Shown here in pieces: positions 45,280-58,670 of a DNA stretch of 64,000 nt. Position 1 is the first letter of the stretch; each line of letters starts with the position of its first letter. The stretch comes from Vicugna vicugna. Its lineage: Eukaryota. The notes under the pieces were generated by a model. It ran no database searches and was not told the origin of the DNA. It saw only the letters and a list, made by a program, of their open reading frames with translations. The translations under genes were made by a program, and so were the position numbers. The stretch spans positions 4,685,741-4,749,740 of the forward strand of contig MU058636.1 in NCBI GenBank assembly GCA_013265495.1, written 5' to 3'.

Positions 45280-47491
45280 TTATCAATTTTTAACATCTTT
45301 TTTTTTCTCATTTTGGGGAAACATACCTCTAAATCCAATATATAAATCAAGCTATATCTGGAGTACAGGAAGAGGGCTTGAAGAAAATCCTTGTGACCAA
45401 AGAAAACAGTGACATTCCCACATTTTCAAAAGAATCTTAAATCACCAAAACATAGCTACATCTATAAAGACTTCTAAAGGGATTATTTTCAAAGCCCGGA
45501 CACAGGAAAACCTCAGCACGGCGTCGGGGTGGGGAAGTCTCAACAGTTTCCTTGCAAGGCATTGCTCACTATTTTTTGGAGCTCTAATGAAAACTAGGTC
45601 CCACCCTGTGGCCTAGGAAAGGATTCTGAGATAATAAATATCAACGTGGCTTGGACTAGCTACCGAATAAGGAGAGTTTAAGGAGGACCCTGAGAACTAG
45701 TGTTCGTCAAGTTGGCCATCTCCCAAGAAACACAATTTTGTGCCCTGACCACTGAGTGGGAGGAATTTATTGACAATGAAATTCCTTAGCACCAAGCTGG
45801 AGTCAGAAAGTCTCATCTGCCTTCACTGAACAGAGAGCATTTTGCTTTAACGGATTTCATGACCTTCTTGGATTACAACCTTATTTTGGAAAACAGTAAA
45901 AAGATAGCAGTTTTCTTCACACAAGACCATGTAATTTACTCAGCACTTGCTTCATTCCATGCTTCTGAAAAGTAAATTCCACGGGAGGAGTTATGTGCTA
46001 ATAAATTACATACTAAATGTCTCAATCAAATTTAATGTTTTCTAAAAAGTCTTCACACTGGAAACTCTGTACATGTAGACTTAAGACTCAGGCCCCGTAC
46101 TCCTTTCTTGTGTAACACTGTCTTTCAGTACATAAGGTTTGGTTATAAAAACATCTAGCATAGTTAAAGTTTTCTTGAAAATAGTAAACACCTCCAGTTG
46201 TGTAGTCTATTTCACAGATTCAAAGGTATTTGTCTTTCAAAGCTTTGAAGATATTCATAGCCAGGGTCCAAAAAACTACTCAGTAAACATAATACAACAG
46301 TCACCAATGTGCCAAACCCATGTGGTACTAGTAACAAGCGAGGTCAGGAAAGACCCTTGGAGTACAGGGGTAGGGAGGTGGGAATTGGGATGGGAGCTGT
46401 TATTGGTGATGCTTTATGTTTGAAAATACCAATAAATAATCTGGTAGCTTTTTTTTTAATGCACTGTACCTTATGGTAAGTACAATACATTAAACTGGTG
46501 CTAACCTAGAGTTTTTTTTTATAAAGAGCTTTAAAATAAGGGGCTTTTTTTTTGTCAAGGATTAGAAGAGCTAGATAGGTCCTTAAATATTTTGAAAATC
46601 CAGAACCAGACATATTGATCCATGATTAGGAATGGCCAACTTGATTTTTTTTTAATATTCTGTCAAGTTGTGGTAATCTTTTTCCACATAACCAAAGTTT
46701 CCTTGAACCAATTCTGTGGTTATGACATGGTAACACCAAAAACTGGTAGCCATAGTTGAACATGGTGCAGTTACAAACTTATATTATTCTAGACTAATCA
46801 TCAGTTCTAGATTACTTTTAGAAATTGTCTACTGGGGAAGAAAATTACACAAAAAAATGCAAGAAAATTACTTGTATCTCACACTTGTTTGGGAGCATAC
46901 GGACAATGTGCAGTCCTTTGAAATAACAATATTAGCAGTCCTATAAAACAGTCTCAATGTGGAAGGCAACCTGACTCCAAAGGAAAAGACACTTAAATTA
47001 TTAGTTATATTCCAGGCTAATTGGATAGTCGTAGTTTAGTAGATATGAAGCCAAACATATTAAAGGCTCTGCCTTAACTCTCAGCAATAGTCTCATTTGT
47101 TTGGGGCTGTAGTTCTTTCAAATTAATCAGCTGGTCTCCTCACAGTTTTACTGCGTTCAAATATTATGGACATGTAAACAGTAAAATCTTCAAGCAAGAC
47201 AAGTTTTGACTTCTGGTCTCCAGGGCTGACAAAATCTAAACCAACTCATCTAAAAGAGCATAGGGTACATTTCTCAATGACAGGTTTCCCATTACGGCTT
47301 GTTCCTAACTGGACCGCTGCGCATGATGAATGGGTACAACGTTTGCAACCACTTATCACGTTGGGGCAAGCGATGCTAACACTGCTGACGGTTCTGCTCT
47401 CGGACGAGGGCGTGCTTTCTGTTGCATGCGTTACACTGACCCTGTACTTTCTTTCCTTTCCTTTGTTTCCTGTGCCATGCTTGCTGTGTAG

Positions 47492-47509
47492 CAAATGGAA
47501 TCTCTTGCA
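47492..47509 (+). CDS. FRY: FRY 18-nt alternative microexon (QMESLA)
   Basis: long pyrimidine tract, tgtgccatgcttgctgtgtag|CAAATGGAATCTCTTGCA|gtaagt; phase 0/0. Confidence 0.8.
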
Positions 47510-49274
47510 GTAAGTTAACTTTCTTTCATATTCTTTGTCCACTTAGGCATGGACCCATAACAAATCTTATTTTTACTGTTACTGTTAAATCTCTTAGCGT
47601 GCTTTTCCCTTTTTCATTTCCTTTTATTTGGTAGGCCTGAGACATGTAGTTTATTAGCATTCTGGGCTACCTTCCTCCCAAAGTAGAAACCTGTGTTGCT
47701 ATGGACTCCCATGCTATCAGGGGAATATTTGTAGTAATAATGACCATTGTCTGACACTTAGGAAAGTCAATTTCATAGCTAGGTTTCACCCTAAATTGTG
47801 AAAGGTAATATTTTGTTTTTAAACAATCCTTTTTTTTATCTGCAAGTCTCTGGAAGCTGTCTTTTACTCCAGATTTGGAAAGCTTTCTATAGAGAAAAGT
47901 CTAAGTGATCATCAAATAAAATATTTTACTGAAATAACCAAAGATCTGGTTCGGGTTAACGAGTGAGTGTAGCTACTTCTTTAAACTTAGGCTGGATACT
48001 GGCATTGAGATATCAAATAAATCTGAGCAGAATTGTTTTTTCTCCTACGGGCCAGGGAGAGAGGAGAAAGAAGACCTCATTCAGCAGTCTTAGCATGAAC
48101 TTGAGTAACTTGTAAAACTTAGGCTCAAAAGTATGTTAATACTGCTAAGCAGACTATTCTTCCTAAAACCCGAATTTACGTTCTTGTCATTTCTCTCTGT
48201 AAACTGATTTTAGAGGGAACCATTTTAAGTCACTTCAGCAGCTCTCAGTTCTGAGCTGAGTTCTTTTCAGTCCATGAGTAAACTGAAAGGCCCTGTTTAT
48301 TCTCACTTGACCACATTTGAAAACTGAGCAGTCATGCGTTTGGCTTAAGCCACGTATTTAACTCGCTTTCAGTGGTGACGTGGAGCCCTGAAATTCTACC
48401 TGCAAAGGCTGTCCTCTTCCTTTCACGGAGTCCCATCCACTACCTTGAAGCTAAGCCATTCCTGCGATAAAATAGGCAAAGTTTAGAGGCCATTATAAGC
48501 AGATGAGCTCAGAGAGTCGTGTGATCATTGGTGCTGGAGTTACTCGTGGTTTATTCTTTCCTCTGTGTAATGAAAACGTTTTAAACTCCAAAGGTGTCTA
48601 CAGGGCTCGAGGGCCATTTTGTGTAATGTTCTTTCCACAGAAAGTTTTGTTTGCTTTCATAATTTCTCCTTTTTGTAAGCACTTTGGGCCCTTTTTATCT
48701 AATTCGACAAATACTTATTGGGCACCGAGTAGAAGCATCATCAGTAAAACTGATGCAGGGCCTCAGAGGATCACGTGACTCTGGTGTTTGCACAGATTTT
48801 AGGATCACTGCCTACATCCTAAGCGGCGGCCAGAATTGTCACAAGGAGTAATCTTCCAAGCGTCTGCTGAACTTACAAATTTAACACCTAGAACCACTTA
48901 ATGCTGTATCTTTCAAATATACTTTAAAAAAAAGAATTTTTTTAAAAACATGTAGTTTATAAAAATTAAGACAACCACAGCTATAACTTGTAGAGATTTA
49001 ATTGTCAAATATCATGGAAACTTGGCAGTTCACTAAGTCCCTTTGTAGCCACTCCTTTTTAATTAGTCACCTTCCAGGGGCTGTTTTATTCTGTATGATA
49101 CAGTGATTTTTCTCAGATATTTACTAATTGGGTTTTGTTTGTTTTATTTGGGATGGTAACAGCTGGTTATGTTTCCTTGATGAAAAAAGAAGTGTTAGCC
49201 TCCACCAAGATTTCACTTATTATACAGGAATGATCTTTAGTAACTATGTCTTCCCGTGCAAATTCTCTCTTTAG

Positions 49275-49418
<144 letters not shown>

Positions 49419-49929
49419 TGAAAATCATTCCTTTCCTTTTGTTCTCCCCTCACCAGTTTATAAAATGTCCAAGTGATTTTACTCCCCCATAATTCTCTCA
49501 CTCAAGCGCAAGTCTCAGGTACAAGTGTCCTGTATTTCTATCCGTGCTGGTCGGCAGTGCCCGCAGGACAAGGCGGGAGGCAGGTGCCGTGCGTGGACGT
49601 AACACATAAGGACAGCCCTGAGGGTGAGCGCCTCCCTCAACGCTGTGCCGAGGGGCCTCACTTGCCTCCCCGTGGCCCTGGCCCTGTGTCTAGGGATCCT
49701 TAATTGAAAAAGTTCCTCATGTTACGATTTTTCTTATCTATAGCTTTTCATACTTGTCCCTACATTGAGATAAGAAGAAAATAATTAGGTGATGTTTGAT
49801 CCTCTTCAGCTTCCCTGCCCTGCTTAGAATTGGGCTGCGTTAATATTTTTAAATGTGAAAGGCAAAATAACTTAAGCGTACTGCTTCTGAGCAAGCCAAA
49901 ATTTTCCTAGACCTGGAAGAAATACCACT

Positions 49930-50790
49930 GCAGTGTAGTAGGTGTACATTGGAAATTACGGAAGCGCAGAGGGTGAGTGCCTGGCTCACCTGGAGGCCGG
50001 GAGGCTGAAAGAGGAGCCTTTCAGGGGGAAATCACAGCAGAGCCACTTCTTACAGGATGAGTTGGAGTTAGACAAAGTGGGAGCTGAGAAGCAACATTCC
50101 AATAAGAGCAAACAGCGTAGTAAGAAAGAGGAAGGAACTACAGAGCAGGCAGTTTAATGCTGCTAGACTACAAGGAGCAAACGGAGTGAGGCGGAAGAGA
50201 TAAGTGAGGATGAGATCATGGAAGACATTCGCCTGGGCGTATTTTAGTTAGATCTTTACAGCAAGGAGGTGGAGGGTGGACTTGATGACAAGCAGGTTGG
50301 AGGCAAGAGACCAGTTACGAGGCTGCTGAAATAGCTCAGATGGAGAAGAGAGTCTGAATTAGGACCAAAGTGTTTTGTATGAGAAGAGGGAGGAAATGTG
50401 GGAAATATTTTACGACAAAAGGTCAATGATAACGGTTGGGTGGGGGCTGAGGGAGAGGGAGGAGTCGAGGACAATTCTAGGTTCCATCTCAGATGAACTA
50501 GGTGACTGACCGACGGAGCCACAGCAGAGACAGGGAGAGAGCAGGAGGGCCGAGGCGACTGTACGTCCCATCGGTCAAGCCTCCCCGCTGCTGGTCCGTG
50601 ACCGGGTCTGCCTGCAAGACCACACAGGTGTGACGGCATCTTGCAGGTAGTTAAATACGAGGACCTGCAGCTGAAGGTGCAGATGTGGTAACTGTCAGGG
50701 AACAGCCATGAGTCCATGAAACAGTCCCACCCTGAACAGCAGGGTGAGGATGGAGCCCAGGAAACCTTGCATCTTGATAGAGGAGGAGGA
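49930..50790 (-). mobile_element. L2 relic
   Basis: gaggcaagagaccagttacgaggctgctgaaatag...gagggagagggaggagtcgaggacaattctaggtt. Confidence 0.55.
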
Positions 50791-50851
50791 GACAGAATGA
50801 CAACCATGTTACCACGTTTACCACTCAGCTTGGAAAAAAAAAGAAAGTGTA

Positions 50852-51178
50852 CAGCTGACCCTTGAACAGCACGAGTTTAAACTTAGTGGGTCCACTTTAA
50901 TGAGGTTTTTTTTTTAAATATATGGGAAATCTTTTTAGAGATTTGTGACAATTTGAAAAAACTCATAAACTGCATAAGCCTGGAAATAATGAAAAACTGA
51001 GAAGTTACGTCATGAATACCTAAAATACGTAGATGTACGTACAACACATAAAAATATATGTTCATCGGCTGTTTATGTTATTGATAAGGCTTCTAGTCAA
51101 CAGTAGGCTATTAGTAAAGTTCTGGGGGAGTCCAAAGTTATACGGCACCCTAACCGCACGTTGTTCAAGGGTCAGCTG
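50852..51178. mobile_element. Tigger2-family non-autonomous DNA transposon (TcMar)
   Basis: Perfect 17-bp terminal inverted repeats cagctgacccttgaaca / tgttcaagggtcagctg, TA on the left flank, Tigger2a-like internal sequence. Confidence 0.85.
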
Positions 51179-52169
51179 TGCTTCCACAAATGCCTAATTT
51201 CAAGGGAAGAGGAGAAGACAGCTTGCTTTACAAAGAGCTCTTCACAGACCACAAGTTATCAGATAAAAGCCATGATGACTGCTATCTGCCCCACTATCAA
51301 GACTGTACTCTTACTGTCCCAGCAAATATGAACAGGGTCCTCAGAGTCCATCTTTGCTCAAAAAACAGAGGACATACAAGTGCAACTCACATGTCACTTT
51401 CCACACTGAAAAAGTCATTCAAGCGTCACTCCAGAGTAGTAAATTACATGCTATATACTGTGTCTATATACGTATGCAATTATTTTAAATCTAATAAATT
51501 TAAAGTGAGTTTCTCCTTTATTTTAAATCTAGAGAAGTTTTAAATACTATACACACGCATACAGTATTTAAAACTTGCCTAGATTTAAAATAAATTCACT
51601 TTTTCAAACTTAAAAATTGTATACCTAGAATACTCTAATAACTTATAGGAAAGAATCGCCTCATTAAATTTTACACCTAGTTCCAGAATAGATCGTTGTA
51701 CCTACAGGCATCTGTGTGAAGGCGGATAGTCCTTGAGGGCTCAGTTCTATAGCTTGTACAACAAGCTGGGAATGAAGATGAAGATGTTGGCTAAAGCAAC
51801 TTCCTAAAGAAAATGGGCATTCTCAGCTTGCATTACAAAGTGAAAGGGGAAAAAAAAACCTTTAAATTCACATCAGGTTTTGTTTTTTTTTTAATGCTCT
51901 TAGGGTCAAACTGCACAACAGTCGTCTTCCACGGTACACTTTGGGGGCCCTAAGGAGTCACAGAGGTGCTCCCTCACCATTTACTTTCTAGCAACTCTGG
52001 ATCTTTGGGTTCCAGTAATTCTGAGAGAAAACGTCTTTTACCTCTGTAATATGAATACTAACATTACATTGAGATTTTTCCTTCTCTCCCTTAAAATTAT
52101 GTCTATTTCTATGCCATAGGTAAAGATTAGTCAGATTTATTGTTCACACAGGTTCCGTGTTCTTGATTA

Positions 52170-52385
52170 CATGTACTGAGCACTTAGGTGCCAAACTATT
52201 TGTTTAATCTTTAAAATAACCTTGTGAGGTGGATAATCCCTTCTGTCTCACAGATGCAAAAACTGAGGCACATAAAAGTCTGTTTCCTTGACTATGCCAT
52301 AGTCAACAGTGCAGAACTGCCACCTGAACTCAGCTCTGCCCAACTCCCAAGCCTGTTTTCTTGTGCATTTTACTTCTACGTGTGC
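52170..52385 (-). mobile_element. MIR
   Basis: aataaccttgtgaggtggataat...cagatgcaaaaactgaggcaca. Confidence 0.65.
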
Positions 52386-52569
52386 CCTTCTATCTAAATA
52401 GAAACCATTTTAAAGAGACTATCTTTTATATGAGGAGAGCATCCCAGCTGCTGATACATAGTTACTCCGTGCGTGCGGCCCCAGAACGCTACATACACCA
52501 TGCAGTACTTTCATTTGTCCTTTTAGTTTACCAAGATATTAAGCTCATGATTAACTAGATCTCTTATAG

Positions 52570-52848
<279 letters not shown>

Positions 52849-53404
52849 TAACTCTACTGTTTCTATTTAGAGATGGTTAAAGGAAATGTGTGCTTAATAG
52901 CTGCCCTGTTGTGGAAGGAAAGTCTAGGCCTCTACCATCACCATGCGAGAAACATCAGAATTCAGAACTTAGCGCTTACAGTATTGGTGTTGGTTATGTT
53001 CATTTGTTATCCTTAAAATGTTGAAACACTTCCAAGTATACACCAACATAATTTTAAAACTAATTATTTGAATGTACCTCTTTGGGTTTTCCCCTCTACA
53101 TTATGATAGTGTATTCACATTCATTGGAACCAGAATGCTATAGCAAATAAATGTTTTAAAGATTATCAGATTTCATTCTTATATTTTTATATTTTAGGTA
53201 TTTTTATCAAATCTAATAATATTCAGTATTCTAAAACTGATTACAGTGATGTTTGCACAACTCTGATTATACTTAAAAAGCCACAGAATTGTATGCTTTA
53301 GACAGTTGAATTGTATGTGAATTACACCTCAATAAAAGCTTTTATTAAAAGTAATTTTCTTACACTAATAAAGACTCTTAACTCGTCAACCTTGTGACCA
53401 ATAG

Positions 53405-53698
<294 letters not shown>

Positions 53699-54900
53699 CA
53701 GGAGCCTCCCGGCCCCCGTGGGCGCCAGGCTGGGGGTGCTGCCGCGCTGGGGTGACCTCGTTCAGTGTCTTCTCAGCCTTCAGAAGGCTTGGTCAGACTG
53801 TTCTCCCTCTTGTTACCTGCAGGACTTTCTCTAAAGAGGACGGCAGGACTTCCCACGTGTAGCAATGCTATCAGAACCAAGGCAGCACAGGCCGTCCTGG
53901 GACAGGCTCCAGCCGTCATGCTGTGCAGCACACACGTGTCACCATTTTACTGAGCAAACGCAACTCACTACTGAAGACGTGACGTCCACTGCATACCAAA
54001 GCCGACTGCTCTGAACAATACCTTCCTTTCTAGAAACAGTTTTAGATTGGCAGAAGTGCAATGTTTTCTTCACTAAAAAGTATTTTATATTCTGCAACTT
54101 GTACATTCTTTCCCTTTCTTTTTCTTTTTCTTTTTTTTTCTGGGTGAATTGAGGAAGGGGCAGGCAGAATGAAGCTGGCCACTGAAAACTGTATAACGGT
54201 CAAAAGCTGACAGCCTGTATGTGTGAAAAGGGAATTGTAAATGGACAAATTTAATGTACACTGAAATTTGAATACAATTACTGTATCTAAAAGGAGCTGC
54301 TATGAAGTACCTTTCTTATGTTGCTAGGCTACTGTCTCTGAAAGCCCTGGATCTCTCTGCAGGGGTCTGTGATTAGGACCCTCACACCAAAAATGGTCCA
54401 CACAGACCCTTTTTTTTTAAGGATCCTGGCTGCTTTTTACTAGAAGGTTGCTTTTATGAGCATATTTATACTATAGGAGAATGAGTGTTAATTTTAACCA
54501 ACTTTGCCATTTTGTAGAAAAAAGTTAAAGATATTTACACTCTAAATTCCAAGTCTTTCCACCTGTCACGCATGCATATTTTAGTATCCATTTGGATAAT
54601 CGGAAGTAGAATCATAAAGGTAAAATATGAGTTGTCACTTTGTTTCTTAAGAAATGTCATTTTATTTGTAATATAAATGTAAAGGGCCACCCTTAAGTTT
54701 TCTCCTTAAACTTAATGCTGTCCCGTGTTAGCTACGTGCATGTAAAGCTGTTGCACATATTCAGAAACATAGTCAAAGTTTATCTATGTAACTTATTCAC
54801 TCTGTAAATACAGTTAAAGTTTTTGTGATGTAATCTTGGTTGATATTCTGTTCAGAACTTCCTTTAGACTAAAAAAGAAAAAATACATATTGACCATGGG
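53699..54900 (+). other. FRY: FRY 3'UTR (end approximate)
   Basis: Repeat-free, increasingly AU-rich sequence after the stop. Variant poly(A) hexamers ACTAAA (54868) and AATACA (54807, 54882) are followed by a GT/T-rich tract near 54900. No AATAAA seen. Confidence 0.55.
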
Positions 54901-56333
54901 TTTTGTTTCTGGTTAATGAAGATTTCTGCCTTTGACACATTTATGGTTTTGCATGTGGGTCACCACAGTGACAGCCCCAAACGGTGCCACGCTCATGCCT
55001 ATTCCGTGAATGCCACCACTGGGGCTTGCTAGCACAGTGACCCTGGGAAGCAGGAAGACTCTAGAACCTCTTTGGAAGTGGACACCAAAGATGGTGACCT
55101 TCAACCATCTTTCATGGAGCAGTCAGCAAAGAACCAGAGCTCTGAATATCCACAGCCTATCATGAGGTTGTCATCCTTACAATTTTGAAAAAGACCCAGA
55201 ATGAGCAGGAAGAAGTAGGAGGAGTTTTAATTCTCTCACCGACACCCATCTATCCCTCACCCCACTCGAAAAATAGGGGCATGGAGACACACAACCATCT
55301 AATTTCTACTGGCTTCTTACTCACAGTTCTTAGACTAACAAATATAACTTGCTTTCCTAACATACAACCAAATCATAAATGGTAATTTTCTAGAAGGATC
55401 CTACAACAGAGTCTGACCCAAGAGTGTTTTTTAATGTTACCATAGATACAACTATTAACTGACTTCAATGACTTTCTGGAGATTGCTGTCAACACATTCT
55501 GCTGGTGACTTATTTTTTTCAACTTAGCTGAAAACTGATTTGCCACAAATTTAAGAAAAAAAACTGAATCACGAGCTCTCTGAAAAAAAATCTCATTAAA
55601 TACTACCAACCCTAGCCAACTCTCAGAGTTCTGCTGGGACCCACAGTAGAAAGGACTAACCAATCATGACTTAACTTTCCACCATGGCCTCTAACCCAGC
55701 AAAGAATCACTGTAACGGCGTACTCTTAAAAAAAAAAAAAAAGAAGAGTAGAGGAGGATTTCACGCCATAGCTCATACTGTCCAAAGGTGCTTTAAAAAT
55801 ACTCAGCTGGAGAGGGCCACGATAGTGGAGTAGAAGGATGCTCATAGCTCACCCTCTCCCACGAATACATGAAGACTGACATCCACAGACCCACCCATCC
55901 AATCAGAACACCTGCTGAACTTCGGCAGAACATCGCCTTCTTCAAAAGACAAAATACGCAATCTAGTAGGAGACAAGGAAAAAAAGGAAAAAGCAAAATA
56001 GTGCAGGACCAGTCCCACGGGGAGGGAGAGGCAAAGGAGGAATAGCGCTCATACACTGGGATCTCCCCCTCTCCAACGGAGAGGTCAGTGGGACGGAGGA
56101 GGAACCTCCAAGGCTCCGATCTGTACTGAATAGCCCTTGACTGACAGAACCAAGTTAAACGGGCACAAAGGGTCCCTGTGACCCCCAACCCTAGACTTGA
56201 ATCGGTAGGGGTGGGACTGGACAGGCTGCCCAAGCCGGGCCGACTGCAGAGGCAACCTTGGGGGACTGCAGTGTGCTGTGTGCCATTGCTGGGAGGGTAG
56301 ACAGATCAGAATAGCCTGGGCCCCCATAAAATA

Positions 56334-56372
<39 letters not shown>

Positions 56373-57401
56373 AAAAACTGCTGGTGTGCCCTGGGGGGGA
56401 GGAGCACCATAGCCTTTGTCCCCACAGACCCGCAGCACCATCACTGCAAAAGAGAGGCGAGGCTCAGCCACAGCCACCACATTCTCAGTTGTGGGTGCCC
56501 AGGCGGAGGCAGAGTGGACGCCTGAATCCTTACCTACGGGTTCCACAACCTCATAGATGAGACTGACATTTCTTTACAGCCCCAGGCAGAGGGGAATGTT
56601 GTGAACTCATGCCTCTAAGACAAACGAACAAGGAGCAGAGTTCTGGCACAGAGCAGGGGCGAGGGCTGCTACCACCCTCTTCTCCAAGCCTGCCTACCCA
56701 GCGCAGACCCCACGTGGCACAGGGAGTGGCACTGAATGGGGTGAAACCTGAGGGCCTCTGGAACCAGTGAGTGGAGTTCGCACAGCAGGGCAAGGGCAAG
56801 GGCAGGAGCGGTGACAACCACAGAACAAAAAGGAGGCCCTGATCAGTAGCCAGGCAGGCTCTCACTACCAAAGGTCACACGCCTAACCAAAGGGATAACA
56901 GGCAAAAGGCACGGAAGGAAGACTTGGCAACCACCCATACTTAAGAAGGACCTCTCGACAAAATTATTAAGAGCACACAGTCTCCACAGGAAAATACCCA
57001 CTTTTGTTTCTTTTCCTTTTTTAATTTTTTTAATTTTTAATTTTTTAATCCCTTTCAAAATTTTCTTTAAACTTTTTATTTTTTAAAAAATTTGTCTCAA
57101 TTTGATTTTAATTACTCTTTGTTTTGTTCTGTTATTTATTATACTGCTTTCAAATAGTTTTTCTTCTTTAAAATTTTTCTTTTAATTTGTCTTAACTTGA
57201 TTTTTATTTCTCCTCATTTTGTTCTTCTCTGATTGATTATACCCTGTTTTCAAATCTTTTTTTCTTCTTTTAAACTTTTTTTTTTAGTTTTATTTCCACA
57301 TCCACTTTAGATAAATAAACAAATAAATAAATAAACCCTTTCAGGACCACAGTAGATAACTGATATTCCATAATCCATAGGGCCAGAGAGATATAAGTAA
57401 A

Positions 57402-58314
57402 ATGAAGAAGCAGAGGAACCAATCCCAATTAAAAGAAAAAGAGAAATCCCCTGAAAGAACAATCAATGAAATAGACCTTAATAGTCTACTAGATCATGAT
57501 TTCAAAAAAGGAGTGATCAAAGTACTGAAGGAACTAAAAGAGACTGAATAGAGACAGAATATGTCAAAAAGGAAACTGAAACTATAAAAAGGAGCCAATT
57601 AAAATTGGAAAACTTATTTGCTGAGAGGAGAGCTGAGCTAAAGTCTGTAAAAAGTAGGCTAGATAATGCAGAGGAACGAATGAGTGACTTAGAAGACAGG
57701 ATAACAGAAATCACCCAATCAGAACAGCTGAAAGAAAAACAAATGAAAACAATAAAAGGGATCTATGGGATACTATAAAGCAACCAACCTCTGCATAATA
57801 GGGGTCCCAGAAGGAGAAGAAAGAGCAAAGGGGATTGAAAAGGTATTTGAAGAAGCCATGATTGAAAACTTCCAAAACCTAAAGAAGGAAACAGACACCA
57901 AGTACAGGAAGCACAGAGGGTCCCAAACAAGAACTCAAACAGACCCACACCAAGAAATATTATAATCAGAATGGCCAGGGTTAGGAATAAAGAAATAATT
58001 CTAAAGTTAGCAAGAGAAAAACAAAGAGTTACCAGGGAACCCCCATAAGGCTTTCAGTTCATTTCTCTACATGAACACTGCAGGCCAGAAGGGAGTGGCA
58101 AGATATATTTAAAGCCTTGAATGAGAAGAAGATGCAACCTATGATACTTTATCCAGCAAAGCTATCCTTTAGAATAGAAGGAGAGATAAAGAACTTCACA
58201 GGCAAGCAAAAACTAAAAGAATTCAGCAACACTAAACCTATGCTAAAAGATATATTGAAAAATCTACTCTACATAGAAAAGAAGCAGGATGCTACAGAAA
58301 GGAGAAAACCATAA
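57402..58314 (+). pseudogene. L1 ORF1p, frameshifted
   Basis: MKKQRNQSQLKEKEKSPE...; NLCIIGVPEGEE; ILYPAKLSFRIEGEIKNF. Confidence 0.88.
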
Positions 58315-58670
58315 TTGGAAGGTGATAACAATAATGAATTACAACAGAATAAACATGAAATTGTAAAAGATGGCATTTAAATCATTAAGAGTGGGAGAGG
58401 GGAGCAAGAAAATACAGTTTTCTTCTTTTTCATTTTCTTTTTTTGTTCTTAATAGGATGGGTTTGAGCTTATATTACTGTTTAAAACAAACAGATATAGT
58501 AATGGGTTAGTATACATATAAAATAAGGTAACCACAAGCCAAAAGATTACAATAGAGTCACAAAAACTAAAAAGAAACCAAGACAATACAAAGGAAAATT
58601 ATCAAACCACAAAAAGAAAAAGGAAAAAAGAAGAAATACCAAACAAATCAACTGCAAAACTAAGTTCAAA

